The notes under the pieces: model-generated
The model's database searches: none
Told to the model about the DNA's origin: nothing
The model's input: the letters and a program-made list of their open reading frames with translations, nothing else
Position numbers and translations under genes: made by a program
Shown: in pieces, positions 10,549 through 20,027 of the stretch
Position numbering within the stretch: the first letter of the stretch is position 1
Layout: each line of letters opens with the position of its first letter
From: an uncultured Burkholderiales bacterium
GTDB taxonomy: Bacteria > Pseudomonadota > Gammaproteobacteria > Burkholderiales > Burkholderiaceae_C
DNA length: 64,000 nt
Reading direction: 5' to 3'
Assembly (NCBI GenBank): GCA_903886485.1
Contig: CAISMH010000008.1
Span: forward strand, 9,448-73,447

Positions 10549-11751
10549 TCAGACGCGCTCAACAATCAGCGCGATGCCTTGCCCCACGCCAATGCACATG
10601 GTGCACAGCGCGTAGCGCCCGCCTGTGGTGTGCAAGCGGTTCAGGGCCGTGGTCACCAAGCGTGCGCCCGAAGCCCCCAGCGGATGACCCAACGCAATCG
10701 CGCCACCCCAAGCGTTCACACGAGCGTCATCGTCTTTGAGGCCCAACAGGCGCAGCACAGCCAGCCCTTGGGCCGCAAAGGCTTCGTTCAACTCGATCAC
10801 GTCCATTTGGTCCAGACGCAAGCCTGTTTGCGCCAATACTTTTTGGGTGGCCGGTGCAGGGCCAATGCCCATCACACGCGGGGCCACGCCGGCGGTCGCC
10901 ATGCCGACCACGCGCGCTTTGGGGGTCAGGCTGTATTGTTTGACGCTCGCCTCGTTGGCCAGCAGCAAGGCACAGGCCCCATCGTTGACACCACTGGCGT
11001 TGCCCGCCGTCACGCTGCCCTCGGGGCGCACCACACCTTTGAGTTTGGCCAAGGCTTCTAGGCTGGTGTCACGCGGGTGTTCGTCTTGGCTCACCACCAA
11101 GGGCTCGCCTTTTTTCTGGGGGATGGTCACCGCGCAAATTTCGCGGGCGAAGTGACCGGCTTGCATGGCAGCCAAGGCATTGCGTTGGCTGCGCAATGCC
11201 ATGTGGTCTTGGGCCTCGCGTTCAATCTTGTAATCCACCGCCACGTTCTCTGCCGTTTCGGGCATGCTGTCGACGCCGTATTGCGCTTTCATGAGCTTGT
11301 TCACAAAGCGCCAGCCAATGGTGGTGTCGTACACCGCGTTGTGGCGGCTGAAAGCACTCTCGGCTTTGGGCATGACAAACGGTGCGCGGCTCATGCTCTC
11401 CACCCCACCGGCAATCATCAAACTGGCTTCACCCGCTTTGATCGCGCGTGCGGCCGTCCCCACGGCGTCCAAGCCCGAACCGCACAAGCGGTTGATGGTG
11501 CCCCCTGGCACCTCCTGCGGCAAGCCCGCTAACAAAGCGGCCATGCGGGCCACGTTGCGGTTGTCTTCACCAGCTTGGTTGGCGCAGCCGTACAGCACAT
11601 CCGCCACGTGTGACCAATCGACTTGGGGGTTGCGCGCCATCAGCGCCTTGATGGGCAGAGCCGCCAAATCATCGGCGCGCACGCTGCTGAGTGCGCCGCC
11701 ATAACGGCCAAAGGGGGTACGGATGGCATCGCAAATAAAGGCTTGGGTCAT
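10549..11751 (-). CDS. pcaF: 3-oxoadipyl-CoA thiolase (PcaF/PaaJ type)
   Basis: True start MTQAFICDAIRTPFGRYGG; CANQAGEDNRNVARM, NRLCGSG, GHPLGASG, CIGVGQG. The ORF-track N-terminal ~100 aa is spurious. Confidence 0.93.
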   Translation of the reverse strand: MTQAFICDAIRTPFGRYGGALSSVRADDLAALPIKALMARNPQVDWSHVADVLYGCANQAGEDNRNVARMAALLAGLPQEVPGGTINRLCGSGLDAVGTAARAIKAGEASLMIAGGVESMSRAPFVMPKAESAFSRHNAVYDTTIGWRFVNKLMKAQYGVDSMPETAENVAVDYKIEREAQDHMALRSQRNALAAMQAGHFAREICAVTIPQKKGEPLVVSQDEHPRDTSLEALAKLKGVVRPEGSVTAGNASGVNDGACALLLANEASVKQYSLTPKARVVGMATAGVAPRVMGIGPAPATQKVLAQTGLRLDQMDVIELNEAFAAQGLAVLRLLGLKDDDARVNAWGGAIALGHPLGASGARLVTTALNRLHTTGGRYALCTMCIGVGQGIALIVERV

Positions 11752-11773
11752 GGGGTTGAAATCAATGAACGGT

Positions 11774-12208
11774 TTAGAAAAGTTTGAACAAACTGGTGGC
11801 TTCAAGGTCGAGCACTTCGGTGTCTGCCGCGTTGTGCAGTTGCCAGCGCCAACGCAAGAGACCAAGGCTCGGGTTGCTTTGCGATACGCGCGTCTCCAGC
11901 ACCGTGACACGCAAGTGCAACACATCATTCGGACGCACGGGGTGCGGCCAGCGGATGTAGGCCAAGCCCGGCGAAGCATACGATTCAGAGCCTGCCAAAA
12001 ACGCATCGGCAGCCAAACGCATCGCGATGCCACAGGTGTGCCATCCACTTGCAATCAAGCCGTCAAACGGGCCATGCGCGGCGGCTTCAGGGTCGGTGTG
12101 AAACCATTGCGGGTCCCACTGCTTGGCAAAGTCCAACACCTCGGCTTCGCTCACGCGGTAAGGCCCTGCATGCAGCACTTGGCCTGCTTGGAACTCAACA
12201 AATTTCAC
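11774..12208 (-). CDS. MaoC-family (hot-dog) dehydratase/hydratase
   Basis: GTG start with AGGAG RBS; FAKQWDPQWFHTD...GLIASGWHT, PVRPNDVL. Confidence 0.88.
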   Translation of the reverse strand: MKFVEFQAGQVLHAGPYRVSEAEVLDFAKQWDPQWFHTDPEAAAHGPFDGLIASGWHTCGIAMRLAADAFLAGSESYASPGLAYIRWPHPVRPNDVLHLRVTVLETRVSQSNPSLGLLRWRWQLHNAADTEVLDLEATSLFKLF

Positions 12209-12268
12209 CGAACATCTCCTCGTTACAACAGCGGCCTGACACGCCCACATGCACCGCCGTAGCGCGTA

Positions 12269-13543
12269 TCAATACGTCTCTAGATGCAAGCGACCTTCTT
12301 GTTTGAGCGACTGGCCCACACTGTCCCAGTTCATCCCAGCCTGTGTGACGACATCGCGCAGAGCCAGCACCACGCCTTCTTCCATGCTCTTGAGGCCGCA
12401 CACATAAATGAAGGTATTGGCGTCTTTGAGCAGAGCGGCCAAATCGGCGCTGCGCTCACGCACCAAGTCTTGCACGTAACGTTTGGGCTGGCCTTGCTCA
12501 CGTGAAAACGCAAAGTTGATGTCAATGAAATCTTTGGGCAATTTTTGCAATGGCCCGAAGTAAGGCAGTTCTTGGGGCGTACGCGCACCAAAGAACAACA
12601 TGAGTTTGCCCCCTTCGAACTTGCCACTTTGACGCAAGCGTCGACGCCACTCGGTCATCGCTCGCATGGGTGCACTGCCGGTACCTGTACAAATCATCAC
12701 GATGTTCGACTTGGGATGGTTGGGCATCAAAAAGCTGCTGCCAAACGGCCCAATGACTTGCACGGTGTCGCCTGTTTTCAGGTCACACAAATAGTTGGAA
12801 GCGATGCCTTTGACGGGCTGACCTTGGTGGTCTTCCACCACACGCTTCACCGTGATGGATAAATTGTTGTAGCCGGGGCGCTCGCCGTTACGAGGGCTGG
12901 CGATCGAATATTGACGTGCGTGGTGCGGCTTGCCGGATGCATCAAAGCCGGGCGGGACGATGCCAATCGACTGGCCTTCCAGCACCGGAAAAGGCATGTT
13001 GCCAAAGTCAAGCACGATGTGGTGTGTTTCATTGGCGGTGCCTGCGTCATTGACTTGCGCATTGCCCACCACGGTTGCCGTGATCGGCGCCTTAGGCCCG
13101 TGCAAATTGGTGTAAGGATGCGCAGCAGACCAAGGCGGCAAGGTAGCGCCGAAGGCTGCCGAATTGAACACATCGCTGTGACTAGTCGAAGCCACCGCCG
13201 ATGCAGTTGAAGCCTCGGCCACAGCCGTCGCCACAGAGGCCGCGTCAGCGCCCAACGCCATCAACTCGCTGTCAGACAAGACAGCAGGCAAATCGTCCCA
13301 TGAGAGCTGCTCTTCCACGGTGTAGGCCGCAGACTTGGGGCGCATGTGCCAGTTGTCAATCGAACCCGTGGGGCACGGTGGCACGCAAGCCATGCAGAAA
13401 TTGCATTTATCAGCCAGCACCACATAGTTGCGGCTGTCATGCGTGATGGCACCCACCGGACAGGTGGCCTCGCAGGTGTTGCACCGGATACAAATTTCCG
13501 GGTCAATCAAATGCTGGTTAAAGAGTTCGGCAGGTGCATTCAT
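12269..13543 (-). CDS. boxA: Benzoyl-CoA 2,3-epoxidase reductase component
   Basis: Two 4Fe-4S motifs ([24 protein letters not shown]) fused to an FNR domain ([26 protein letters not shown]). Confidence 0.96.
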   Translation of the reverse strand: MNAPAELFNQHLIDPEICIRCNTCEATCPVGAITHDSRNYVVLADKCNFCMACVPPCPTGSIDNWHMRPKSAAYTVEEQLSWDDLPAVLSDSELMALGADAASVATAVAEASTASAVASTSHSDVFNSAAFGATLPPWSAAHPYTNLHGPKAPITATVVGNAQVNDAGTANETHHIVLDFGNMPFPVLEGQSIGIVPPGFDASGKPHHARQYSIASPRNGERPGYNNLSITVKRVVEDHQGQPVKGIASNYLCDLKTGDTVQVIGPFGSSFLMPNHPKSNIVMICTGTGSAPMRAMTEWRRRLRQSGKFEGGKLMLFFGARTPQELPYFGPLQKLPKDFIDINFAFSREQGQPKRYVQDLVRERSADLAALLKDANTFIYVCGLKSMEEGVVLALRDVVTQAGMNWDSVGQSLKQEGRLHLETY

Positions 13544-13565
13544 GGCGTTGACGACTTATGGATGA

Positions 13566-14993
13566 TCAGTTGAAACGAACGTAGTCAAAGTTCACTGGCT
13601 GGCGGTTGATGCCCATGACAGGAGGTGCAATCCAGTTGGCGAATTTACCTGGTTCGACCACACGGCCCATCAGACTCGCCACATAAGCACGGTCTTCGTT
13701 GGTCGGCAACCACTCGCCCACTTTGGCCATCCACTGTTCATCTGTCACGACTTGGCCGTCTGGCGTGATCTTGGCGCCCGACAAAGAACCAATGTTGCGG
13801 TGGAAAGCTTTGTGAGGAGCGGTGAGCTTGAAGGGTATGCCCGCCTTTTCGATCACGCGATTCCAGCGATCAATGCCGCCTTTGGAGTCGGTGATGTAGT
13901 CGTCGCGCAGCACTTCGTTCAAGGCATTGAGCATGGGCACTTCTTTTTCCACCAGCTTGCCGTCTTCGACCGACAGAATTTTGTAGCTGTTGCCCTTGAG
14001 CACATGGTCATCCGCGCGTTTGCCTTCTTCGTAACGCCCTTTGAGGCCCGAGCTGTAGAAAGTAGCCGCATTAGACGATTGGTCGGCGCCGAACAAGTCA
14101 ATGGTCACAGAAAAATGGAAATTGATGTAGCGCTGGATGGTGGGCAAATCAATGACACCAGCGGCACGCAGTTTGGCCACATCATCGGTTTTGAGTTCAT
14201 TCATCACATCCACCGTGCGTTGGATGGTGCGACTCACACCCGACTCGCCCACAAACATGTGGTGCGCTTCTTCGGTCAGCATGAACTTGGTGGTGCGGGC
14301 CAGTGGATCAAACGCAGACTCGGCCAAGGCGCACAACTGGAACTTGCCATCACGGTCGGTGAAGTAAGTGAACATGAAGAACGACAGCCAGTCAGGGGTC
14401 TTCTCGTTGAAGGCCTGCAAGATACGTGGGTTGTCTTCGTTGCCGCTGTTGCGCTGGAGCAAAGCATCGGCTTCTTCACGGCCATCTTTGCCGAAGTATT
14501 TGTGCAGCAGGTAAACCATGGCCCACAAGTGGCGGCCTTCTTCGACGTTGATTTGGAACAAGTTGCGCAAGTCGTACATGCTAGGCGCAGTCAGCCCCAA
14601 GTGGCGCTGCTGCTCGACCGACGCTGGCTCGGTGTCACCTTGCGTCACGATGATGCGACGCAAGTTGGCGCGGTGTTCGCCAGGCACGTCTTGCCAAGCT
14701 TTTTCACCGATGTGATCCCCAAAATGAATCTTGCGGTCTTGTTCGCCTGGGTTCAAGAAAACACCCCAGCGGTAGTCGCGCATTTTCACGTGGCCGAATT
14801 GCGCCCAGCCTTGTGGGTCCACGCTCACGGCGGTACGCAAATACACATCCATGTCGGTGGAGCCTTCGGGGCCCATGTCGTCCCACCAGTTGATGAAGTT
14901 GGGTTGCCATTGCTCCAGCGCACGTTGCAAGGTGCGGTCTTCGCTCAAGTTCACGTTGTTAGGAATTTTTTCGCTGTAGTTGATACCGGACAT
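13566..14993 (-). CDS. boxB: Benzoyl-CoA 2,3-epoxidase diiron component
   Basis: MSGINYSEKIPNNV N-terminus; QGDTEPAS, EEGRH and EEAHH diiron ligands. Confidence 0.97.
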   Translation of the reverse strand: MSGINYSEKIPNNVNLSEDRTLQRALEQWQPNFINWWDDMGPEGSTDMDVYLRTAVSVDPQGWAQFGHVKMRDYRWGVFLNPGEQDRKIHFGDHIGEKAWQDVPGEHRANLRRIIVTQGDTEPASVEQQRHLGLTAPSMYDLRNLFQINVEEGRHLWAMVYLLHKYFGKDGREEADALLQRNSGNEDNPRILQAFNEKTPDWLSFFMFTYFTDRDGKFQLCALAESAFDPLARTTKFMLTEEAHHMFVGESGVSRTIQRTVDVMNELKTDDVAKLRAAGVIDLPTIQRYINFHFSVTIDLFGADQSSNAATFYSSGLKGRYEEGKRADDHVLKGNSYKILSVEDGKLVEKEVPMLNALNEVLRDDYITDSKGGIDRWNRVIEKAGIPFKLTAPHKAFHRNIGSLSGAKITPDGQVVTDEQWMAKVGEWLPTNEDRAYVASLMGRVVEPGKFANWIAPPVMGINRQPVNFDYVRFN

Positions 14994-15037
14994 GAGAGTC
15001 TCCAGAAATTAAAGCAACGGTGGGGTCAAATTTCGGT

Positions 15038-15068
15038 TGCAGCAGGCACCACCGGGAAGCCTGCTGCA
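15038..15068. other. Intercistronic hairpin between boxC and boxB
   Basis: TGCAGCAGGC/GCCTGCTGCA 10-bp perfect stem with no U-tract; possible mRNA stability element. Confidence 0.55.
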
Positions 15069-15080
15069 CAACGCAGAACA

Positions 15081-16748
15081 TCAAACGCGGTTCAAATCAA
15101 AAGCCGCTTTTTCGCCTTTGCCATACACCTTCAACGCGCCCTTTTCGCCCACGGCATTGGGGCGGTTGAAGATCCAGTTTTGCCAAGCAGACAAGCGACC
15201 AAAAATGCGTGTTTCCATGCTTTCCTTTTGGCAAAAACGCAGGTTAGCTTCCAACCCCGTCAAGCTGTCAGGCGACATGGCGACACGCTCTTCCACTGCC
15301 AAACGAATTTCGTCGGCCCAATCAATGTCGTCAGGTGCCGCCGTCACCAAACCCAATGCCAATGCTTTTTGTGCGTCGAGCCATTGACCGACCACCGCAC
15401 GCGCACCTTCGAGAGGACCCACTTCTTCGTAGAAGCGACGTTGCAAACGGGACTGGTGGTTGACCATGGGAAAGTAGCCAAAGTTCATTTCGCTCAAAGC
15501 GATATGCGGTGCTTTTTCTGGGCTGTCGGGCAGGTCCAGCATGTAAGCGCGATCGGCTGCAAATGCCAACTCTGCCAAGGTGCCGACAAAGCAAGAGCCT
15601 TCGTCAATCAAGGCAAACAAAGAGCGCGAGGTCACATCCACACGGGCCAAGGTGCGGCGCAACAAACCAATGGTTTCGTTGACCAACCAGTGGTCTTGGT
15701 TCTGGGCCAAGATGGCATCGCTTTGCAAAGCCAACTTGGCGTCACCGGCGGTCTTGAGCAACCAAGTGCCGATGTCGAGTTCGTTGGTACGCAAGTTCAA
15801 AATGGCATCGTCCAACTCACGGGCCATTTGCAGCGGGTACCAATGGGCACCTGCGGCTTGGATGGCCGCAACTGTGGTGGGCAACGCAGCCTTCGGCGCA
15901 TGCACGGTCAGGGTGGCTGTGCGCTTGGCGCGGTCGATGTCCACCTGAACGTATTCATAAGCCATGCGGTCGGTGCTCATCACACGCTGGAGCGGCGTCA
16001 GCACCACGCCTTGGCCCGCTGCGGCAGCACCGGGACGCTTGCAGTTGGCTGCTGGTTGACTGGCACGTTTGTGCACGGCGGCTGCAAATTGCGCAGGCTT
16101 GGCAATTTCGTCCACCAAGCGCCAATCCACGGCTTTTTGACCACGCACACCTTCGACACTCGTGCAAAAGAGGTCGGCATGGTCGTGGCGCACTTTGCGC
16201 TTGTCGGTCACACGTGTCAGGCCACCCGTTCCGGGCAAAACACCCAGCAAAGGCACCTCGGGCAATGACACAGAGGATGAGCGGTCATCAACCAACACAA
16301 TTTCGTCACAAGCCAGCGCCATCTCATAGCCGCCGCCGGCACATGCGCCGTTGACAGCGGCCACAAACTTCAAACCACTGTGGCGGCTGCTGTCTTCAAT
16401 GCCGTTGCGTGTTTCGTTGGTGAATTTACAGAAATTCACCTTCCATGCGTGGGTAGAGACACCGAGCATGAAAATGTTGGCGCCCGAACAGAAGATGCGA
16501 TCCTTCAAGCTGGTCACCACCACGCTTTTGACTTCTGGATGCTCAAAACGAATGCGGTTGAGCGCGTCATAAAACTCAATGTCCACACCCAAGTCGTAAC
16601 TGTTGAGCTTGAGTTTGTAGCCAGGGCGAATGCCACCGTCTTCGTTGATGTTGAGTTGCAAGGTGGCGATCTCACCTTCATATTTCACGGACCAGTGTTT
16701 GTAATGGCTCGGGTCGATCTGATAGTTGACCGTGGTGGGTTGGCTCAT
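15081..16748 (-). CDS. boxC: 2,3-epoxybenzoyl-CoA dihydrolase
   Basis: Double crotonase fold; LKLNSYDLGVDIE, FCSGANIFML, HAWKVNFCKFTNETR, GRLSAWQNWIF. Confidence 0.96.
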   Translation of the reverse strand: MSQPTTVNYQIDPSHYKHWSVKYEGEIATLQLNINEDGGIRPGYKLKLNSYDLGVDIEFYDALNRIRFEHPEVKSVVVTSLKDRIFCSGANIFMLGVSTHAWKVNFCKFTNETRNGIEDSSRHSGLKFVAAVNGACAGGGYEMALACDEIVLVDDRSSSVSLPEVPLLGVLPGTGGLTRVTDKRKVRHDHADLFCTSVEGVRGQKAVDWRLVDEIAKPAQFAAAVHKRASQPAANCKRPGAAAAGQGVVLTPLQRVMSTDRMAYEYVQVDIDRAKRTATLTVHAPKAALPTTVAAIQAAGAHWYPLQMARELDDAILNLRTNELDIGTWLLKTAGDAKLALQSDAILAQNQDHWLVNETIGLLRRTLARVDVTSRSLFALIDEGSCFVGTLAELAFAADRAYMLDLPDSPEKAPHIALSEMNFGYFPMVNHQSRLQRRFYEEVGPLEGARAVVGQWLDAQKALALGLVTAAPDDIDWADEIRLAVEERVAMSPDSLTGLEANLRFCQKESMETRIFGRLSAWQNWIFNRPNAVGEKGALKVYGKGEKAAFDLNRV

Positions 16749-16814
16749 GTCTGGGTCTCCAAGTTAAATCTGGCTGATTGGCGGCGCATGCGCAGAGTTT
16801 GCTCACCGCTTTGA

Positions 16815-16859
16815 TGCAGTATATTGCACCAACCAGAATAAAACATGCATTTTTATTCA
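16815..16859. promoter_or_regulatory. BoxR/BzdR-type operators over the boxC promoter
   Basis: TGCA-gtatat-TGCA 16815-16828 (contains minus-strand TATACT -10) and TGCA-ttttta-TTCA 16846-16859. Confidence 0.75.
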
Positions 16860-16922
16860 TTCAAGGGAAAACACCTAAGCGAGCTGAGGGCCTCCGCCCA
16901 CTTAGAGCGCGGCAACGAATGA

Positions 16923-17804
16923 CTAAAGCGGCAGATTGATCACTGCGCGAAGCCGCGCGCGCAGCAATTGAAAGCTCTCTTCCAGCGGTTGGGCGCTGGT
17001 GTCAAAGGTCATATCCGCCTTGGCATAGAAAGCGGAGCGGCCTTCCAAAATCAACTTCAAATCCTCGATGGCCTCTGCACTGCCCGCCATGGGGCGCATA
17101 TCGCCTTGCGCTGCCACGCGCGACAAATGCTCCTCCGGCTTGGCTTGCAGCCACACGGTGTAGCAATGCGAGAGCATTTCGTTCAAGGTGGCCGAGTCCG
17201 ACACCAAACCACCGGGTGTGGCAATGATCACTTCGGGATAAATCTGTATCGCCTCTTCCAAAGCACGACGTTCGTAGCGGCGATAGGCATTGGTGCCATA
17301 CAGGTTGTGAATCTCGGAGATGCTGCAGCCTGCGAACTTTTCGATCTCGCGGCTCAACTCAATGAAGGCATAACCCAAGTCTTTGGCTAAACGCTGACCC
17401 AGCGTGGTCTTGCCCGCCCCGCGCAAGCCAATGAGCGCAATGCGATTGGTTCGCGCCGCTTCTTGGGTGGTGCCAAACAAGACCGAGACTTGCTCGCGCA
17501 CACGGCGCAAATCGGCATCGCTGCGCGTACTCAGCATTTCGCGCAGCAGCAACCATTCGGGCGAACTGGTGGTCACATCACCGATCAACTCGGTCAAACT
17601 GCATTGGAGCGCGCCTGCGACTTGCAACAAAACCAAGATGGAGGCATTGCCCTCGCCATATTCCAAGCTCGCCAAATGACGCTCTGACACATTGGCAGCC
17701 ACGGCAACCGCCTTGCGCGTGAGGCCGCGGCGCGCGCGCAGTCCGCGCACGCGCTCACCCAGCGCAATCAAGAACGGGTTTTTTGCCTCCACCACCTCAG
17801 TCAT
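16923..17804 (-). CDS. boxR: BoxR/BzdR-family regulator (XRE HTH plus shikimate-kinase-like benzoyl-CoA sensor)
   Basis: LGERVRGLRARRGLTRKAVA...SERHLASLE HTH; IGLRGAGKTTLG P-loop; located in the box cluster. Confidence 0.92.
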   Translation of the reverse strand: MTEVVEAKNPFLIALGERVRGLRARRGLTRKAVAVAANVSERHLASLEYGEGNASILVLLQVAGALQCSLTELIGDVTTSSPEWLLLREMLSTRSDADLRRVREQVSVLFGTTQEAARTNRIALIGLRGAGKTTLGQRLAKDLGYAFIELSREIEKFAGCSISEIHNLYGTNAYRRYERRALEEAIQIYPEVIIATPGGLVSDSATLNEMLSHCYTVWLQAKPEEHLSRVAAQGDMRPMAGSAEAIEDLKLILEGRSAFYAKADMTFDTSAQPLEESFQLLRARLRAVINLPL

Positions 17805-17827
17805 CGATTGTTTCCTGTCTATCAACG

Positions 17828-17843
17828 CTAGGACTAACCCTAG
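17828..17843. promoter_or_regulatory. 16-bp palindromic site CTAGG-N6-CCTAG (copy 1)
   Basis: CTAGGACTAACCCTAG; 14/16 identical to the reverse complement of 28071-28086. Confidence 0.5.
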
Positions 17844-17847
17844 AACA

Positions 17848-17910
17848 TGCAATATAGTGCTAGACGTGCGGTTTATCGCATGTTAGTCTTCGTGCAAGCA
17901 TAATAATTCA
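17848..17910. promoter_or_regulatory. Divergent boxR / DUF4863-boxD promoter with degenerate TGCA-N6-TGCA boxes
   Basis: TGCA-N6-TGCT 17848-61, TGCG-N6-CGCA 17867-80, AGCA-N6-TTCA 17897-910; plus-strand TAGACG-N17-TAGTCT with extended TG. Confidence 0.6.
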
Positions 17911-17921
17911 TGTTGGAGCGT

Positions 17922-18422
17922 ATGACAAGCACCCCAGTCTCAGCCGATGCGATGGCACAGGCTCAATCCCATTTCAAAACTCGTCTTGCGGCGGTGACTG
18001 CACAGATTCACACACGTGCGCTCGACAGCGCCCTGGACGTTTGGCTCAACACCCACTTAGGCGTGGACACACCGACTTACCGCGAACTCCAGCAATCGTG
18101 CGAAGAAGGTGTGGCCCAAGGTTGGCTGTGCAAATACGAAGGTGGTGGGCTGCGCTATGGGTGCATCTTCAAACCCTCGGACGACTTACACGGTTTCTCC
18201 GTCGACGTGGTGGACATGGAAAACGTGGCCGGTCCCCACCACGTGCATCCGCAAGGCGAAATCGACCTCATCATGCCCATTGAAGGCCAAGCCACATTCG
18301 ATGGCCGCACCGCAGGCTGGCTGGTCTGCCCGCCCGGCAGCGCCCACCGCCCCACGGTCAGCCAAGGCCGCGCCTTGGTTTTGTATTTGTTGCCCAAGGG
18401 CGAAATTGAATTCACCAAATAA
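17922..18422 (+). CDS. DUF4863 / PnbB-like cupin protein
   Basis: GGAG RBS then MTSTP; EGGGLRYG, FSVDVVDM, HHVHPQGEIDLIMP, AHRPTV; typical box-cluster neighbour. Confidence 0.85.
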   Translation: MTSTPVSADAMAQAQSHFKTRLAAVTAQIHTRALDSALDVWLNTHLGVDTPTYRELQQSCEEGVAQGWLCKYEGGGLRYGCIFKPSDDLHGFSVDVVDMENVAGPHHVHPQGEIDLIMPIEGQATFDGRTAGWLVCPPGSAHRPTVSQGRALVLYLLPKGEIEFTK

Positions 18423-18433
18423 AGAAAGTCCCC

Positions 18434-19996
18434 ATGACCGAACTTCTCTCCAACTACATCAGCGGCCAGTGGCTCAACGGTCAAGGTGCAGGTACGACCT
18501 TGCACGACCCCGTGCTGGGCACAGCGCTGGTGCGCGTCGACGCATCAGGCCTCGACTTGGCTGCGGCCTTTGCCTTTGCGCGACACCACGGTGGCGCGGC
18601 GCTGCGCGCGCTGACTTACGCGCAACGTGCGGCCATGCTGGGTGCTGCGGCCAAAGTGTTGCAAGCCAACCGCGATACCTATTACGACATCTCTACCGCC
18701 AACAGCGGCACGGTGAAAAACGACACGGCGGTGGACGTGGACGGCGGCATCTACACCTTGAGCACTTACGCCAAGCTCGGTGAGAGCTTGGGTGATGCCC
18801 ACTTCATGCGCGACGGCGATCCTGCTCGTTTGGCCAAAGACCCGCTGTTTCAATCACAGCACGTGCTCACCCCCACGCGTGGCTTGGCCTTGTTCATCAA
18901 CGCCTTCAATTTCCCATCATGGGGCTTGTGGGAAAAAGCTGCGCCGGCGTTACTTTCAGGCGTGCCAGTCATCATCAAGCCAGCCACGACCACTGCATGG
19001 TTGACCCAACGGATGGTCAAGGACGTGGTGGATGCAGGCATCCTCCCTGCGGGTGCACTGTCGGTGATCTGCGGCAGTTCAGCCGGATTGATGGACCAAC
19101 TCGAACCGTTCGACGTGGTGTCCTTCACGGGCTCTGCCGATACCGCCGCCATCATCCGCTCGCACCCTGCGGTGACCCAAAAATCTGTGCGTGTGAACAT
19201 CGAAGCCGACAGCGTGAACTCTGCCCTGCTCTTGCCAGGTGAAGCCGTGGGCAGCGAAGCCATTGACCTGCTGGTCAAAGAAGTGGCCCGCGAAATGACG
19301 GTCAAGTCTGGCCAAAAATGCACCGCCATTCGACGTGTGCTCATTCCAGAGAGCCTGTACGACAGTGTGGCGCAAGCCCTGTCTGCACGCTTGGCAAAGA
19401 CCACAGTGGGTAACCCACGCAATGAAAGCGTGCGCATGGGCGCTGTGGTCAACCGCGAACAGTTCAAGGCCGTGCATGATGGCTTGGCTTATTTGAAAGC
19501 ACAAACCACGGTGCTGCACGATGGCAGCAGCCACGCCTTGGTCGATGCGGAGACGTCCATCGCCTGCTGCGTTGGCCCCACGCTCTTGGGCACAGGGAAC
19601 GCCGCTGGCAGCGATGCCGCCGATCGCGTGCATGACACCGAAGTGTTTGGCCCCGTCGCCACACTGGTGCCTTACCGCAACCACGATCTCGACCATGCGC
19701 TGCAACTCATCCGTCGCGGCCAAGGCTCACTGGTGGCCTCCGTGTACGGCAGCGACCCTGAAGCACTGGGCAAAGCCATCCCCGAACTCACCGACAGCCA
19801 CGGTCGCATCCACGTCATCTCCCCCGATGTCGCCGCGCTGCACACAGGCCATGGCAACGTGATGCCGCAATCGCTGCACGGTGGCCCCGGTCGCGCCGGA
19901 GGTGGCGAAGAACTCGGTGGTCTGCGGGCTCTGAACTTCTACCACCGACGAGCCGCCATACAAGCCAGTACCGCTGTGTTGACACAACTCAAATAA
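18434..19996 (+). CDS. boxD: 3,4-dehydroadipyl-CoA semialdehyde dehydrogenase
   Basis: ALDH related to the PaaZ N-domain; INAFNFP, FTGSA, EADSVN, KSGQKCTAIRR, HGGPGRAGGGEELGG. Confidence 0.92.
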   Translation: MTELLSNYISGQWLNGQGAGTTLHDPVLGTALVRVDASGLDLAAAFAFARHHGGAALRALTYAQRAAMLGAAAKVLQANRDTYYDISTANSGTVKNDTAVDVDGGIYTLSTYAKLGESLGDAHFMRDGDPARLAKDPLFQSQHVLTPTRGLALFINAFNFPSWGLWEKAAPALLSGVPVIIKPATTTAWLTQRMVKDVVDAGILPAGALSVICGSSAGLMDQLEPFDVVSFTGSADTAAIIRSHPAVTQKSVRVNIEADSVNSALLLPGEAVGSEAIDLLVKEVAREMTVKSGQKCTAIRRVLIPESLYDSVAQALSARLAKTTVGNPRNESVRMGAVVNREQFKAVHDGLAYLKAQTTVLHDGSSHALVDAETSIACCVGPTLLGTGNAAGSDAADRVHDTEVFGPVATLVPYRNHDLDHALQLIRRGQGSLVASVYGSDPEALGKAIPELTDSHGRIHVISPDVAALHTGHGNVMPQSLHGGPGRAGGGEELGGLRALNFYHRRAAIQASTAVLTQLK

Positions 19997-20027
19997 CACC
20001 ACACAGCATCGACTTGGAGGAGACAAC

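Noticed and set aside
11752-12054. N-terminal extension of the thiolase ORF (501 aa), suggesting a fusion
   Set aside because: It overlaps the well-formed MaoC gene in another frame; the thiolase has a canonical start at 11751
13752-16268. 838-aa plus-strand ORF
   Set aside because: Antisense shadow of boxB/boxC caused by codon bias; no motifs or RBS, and it spans a clear minus-strand operon
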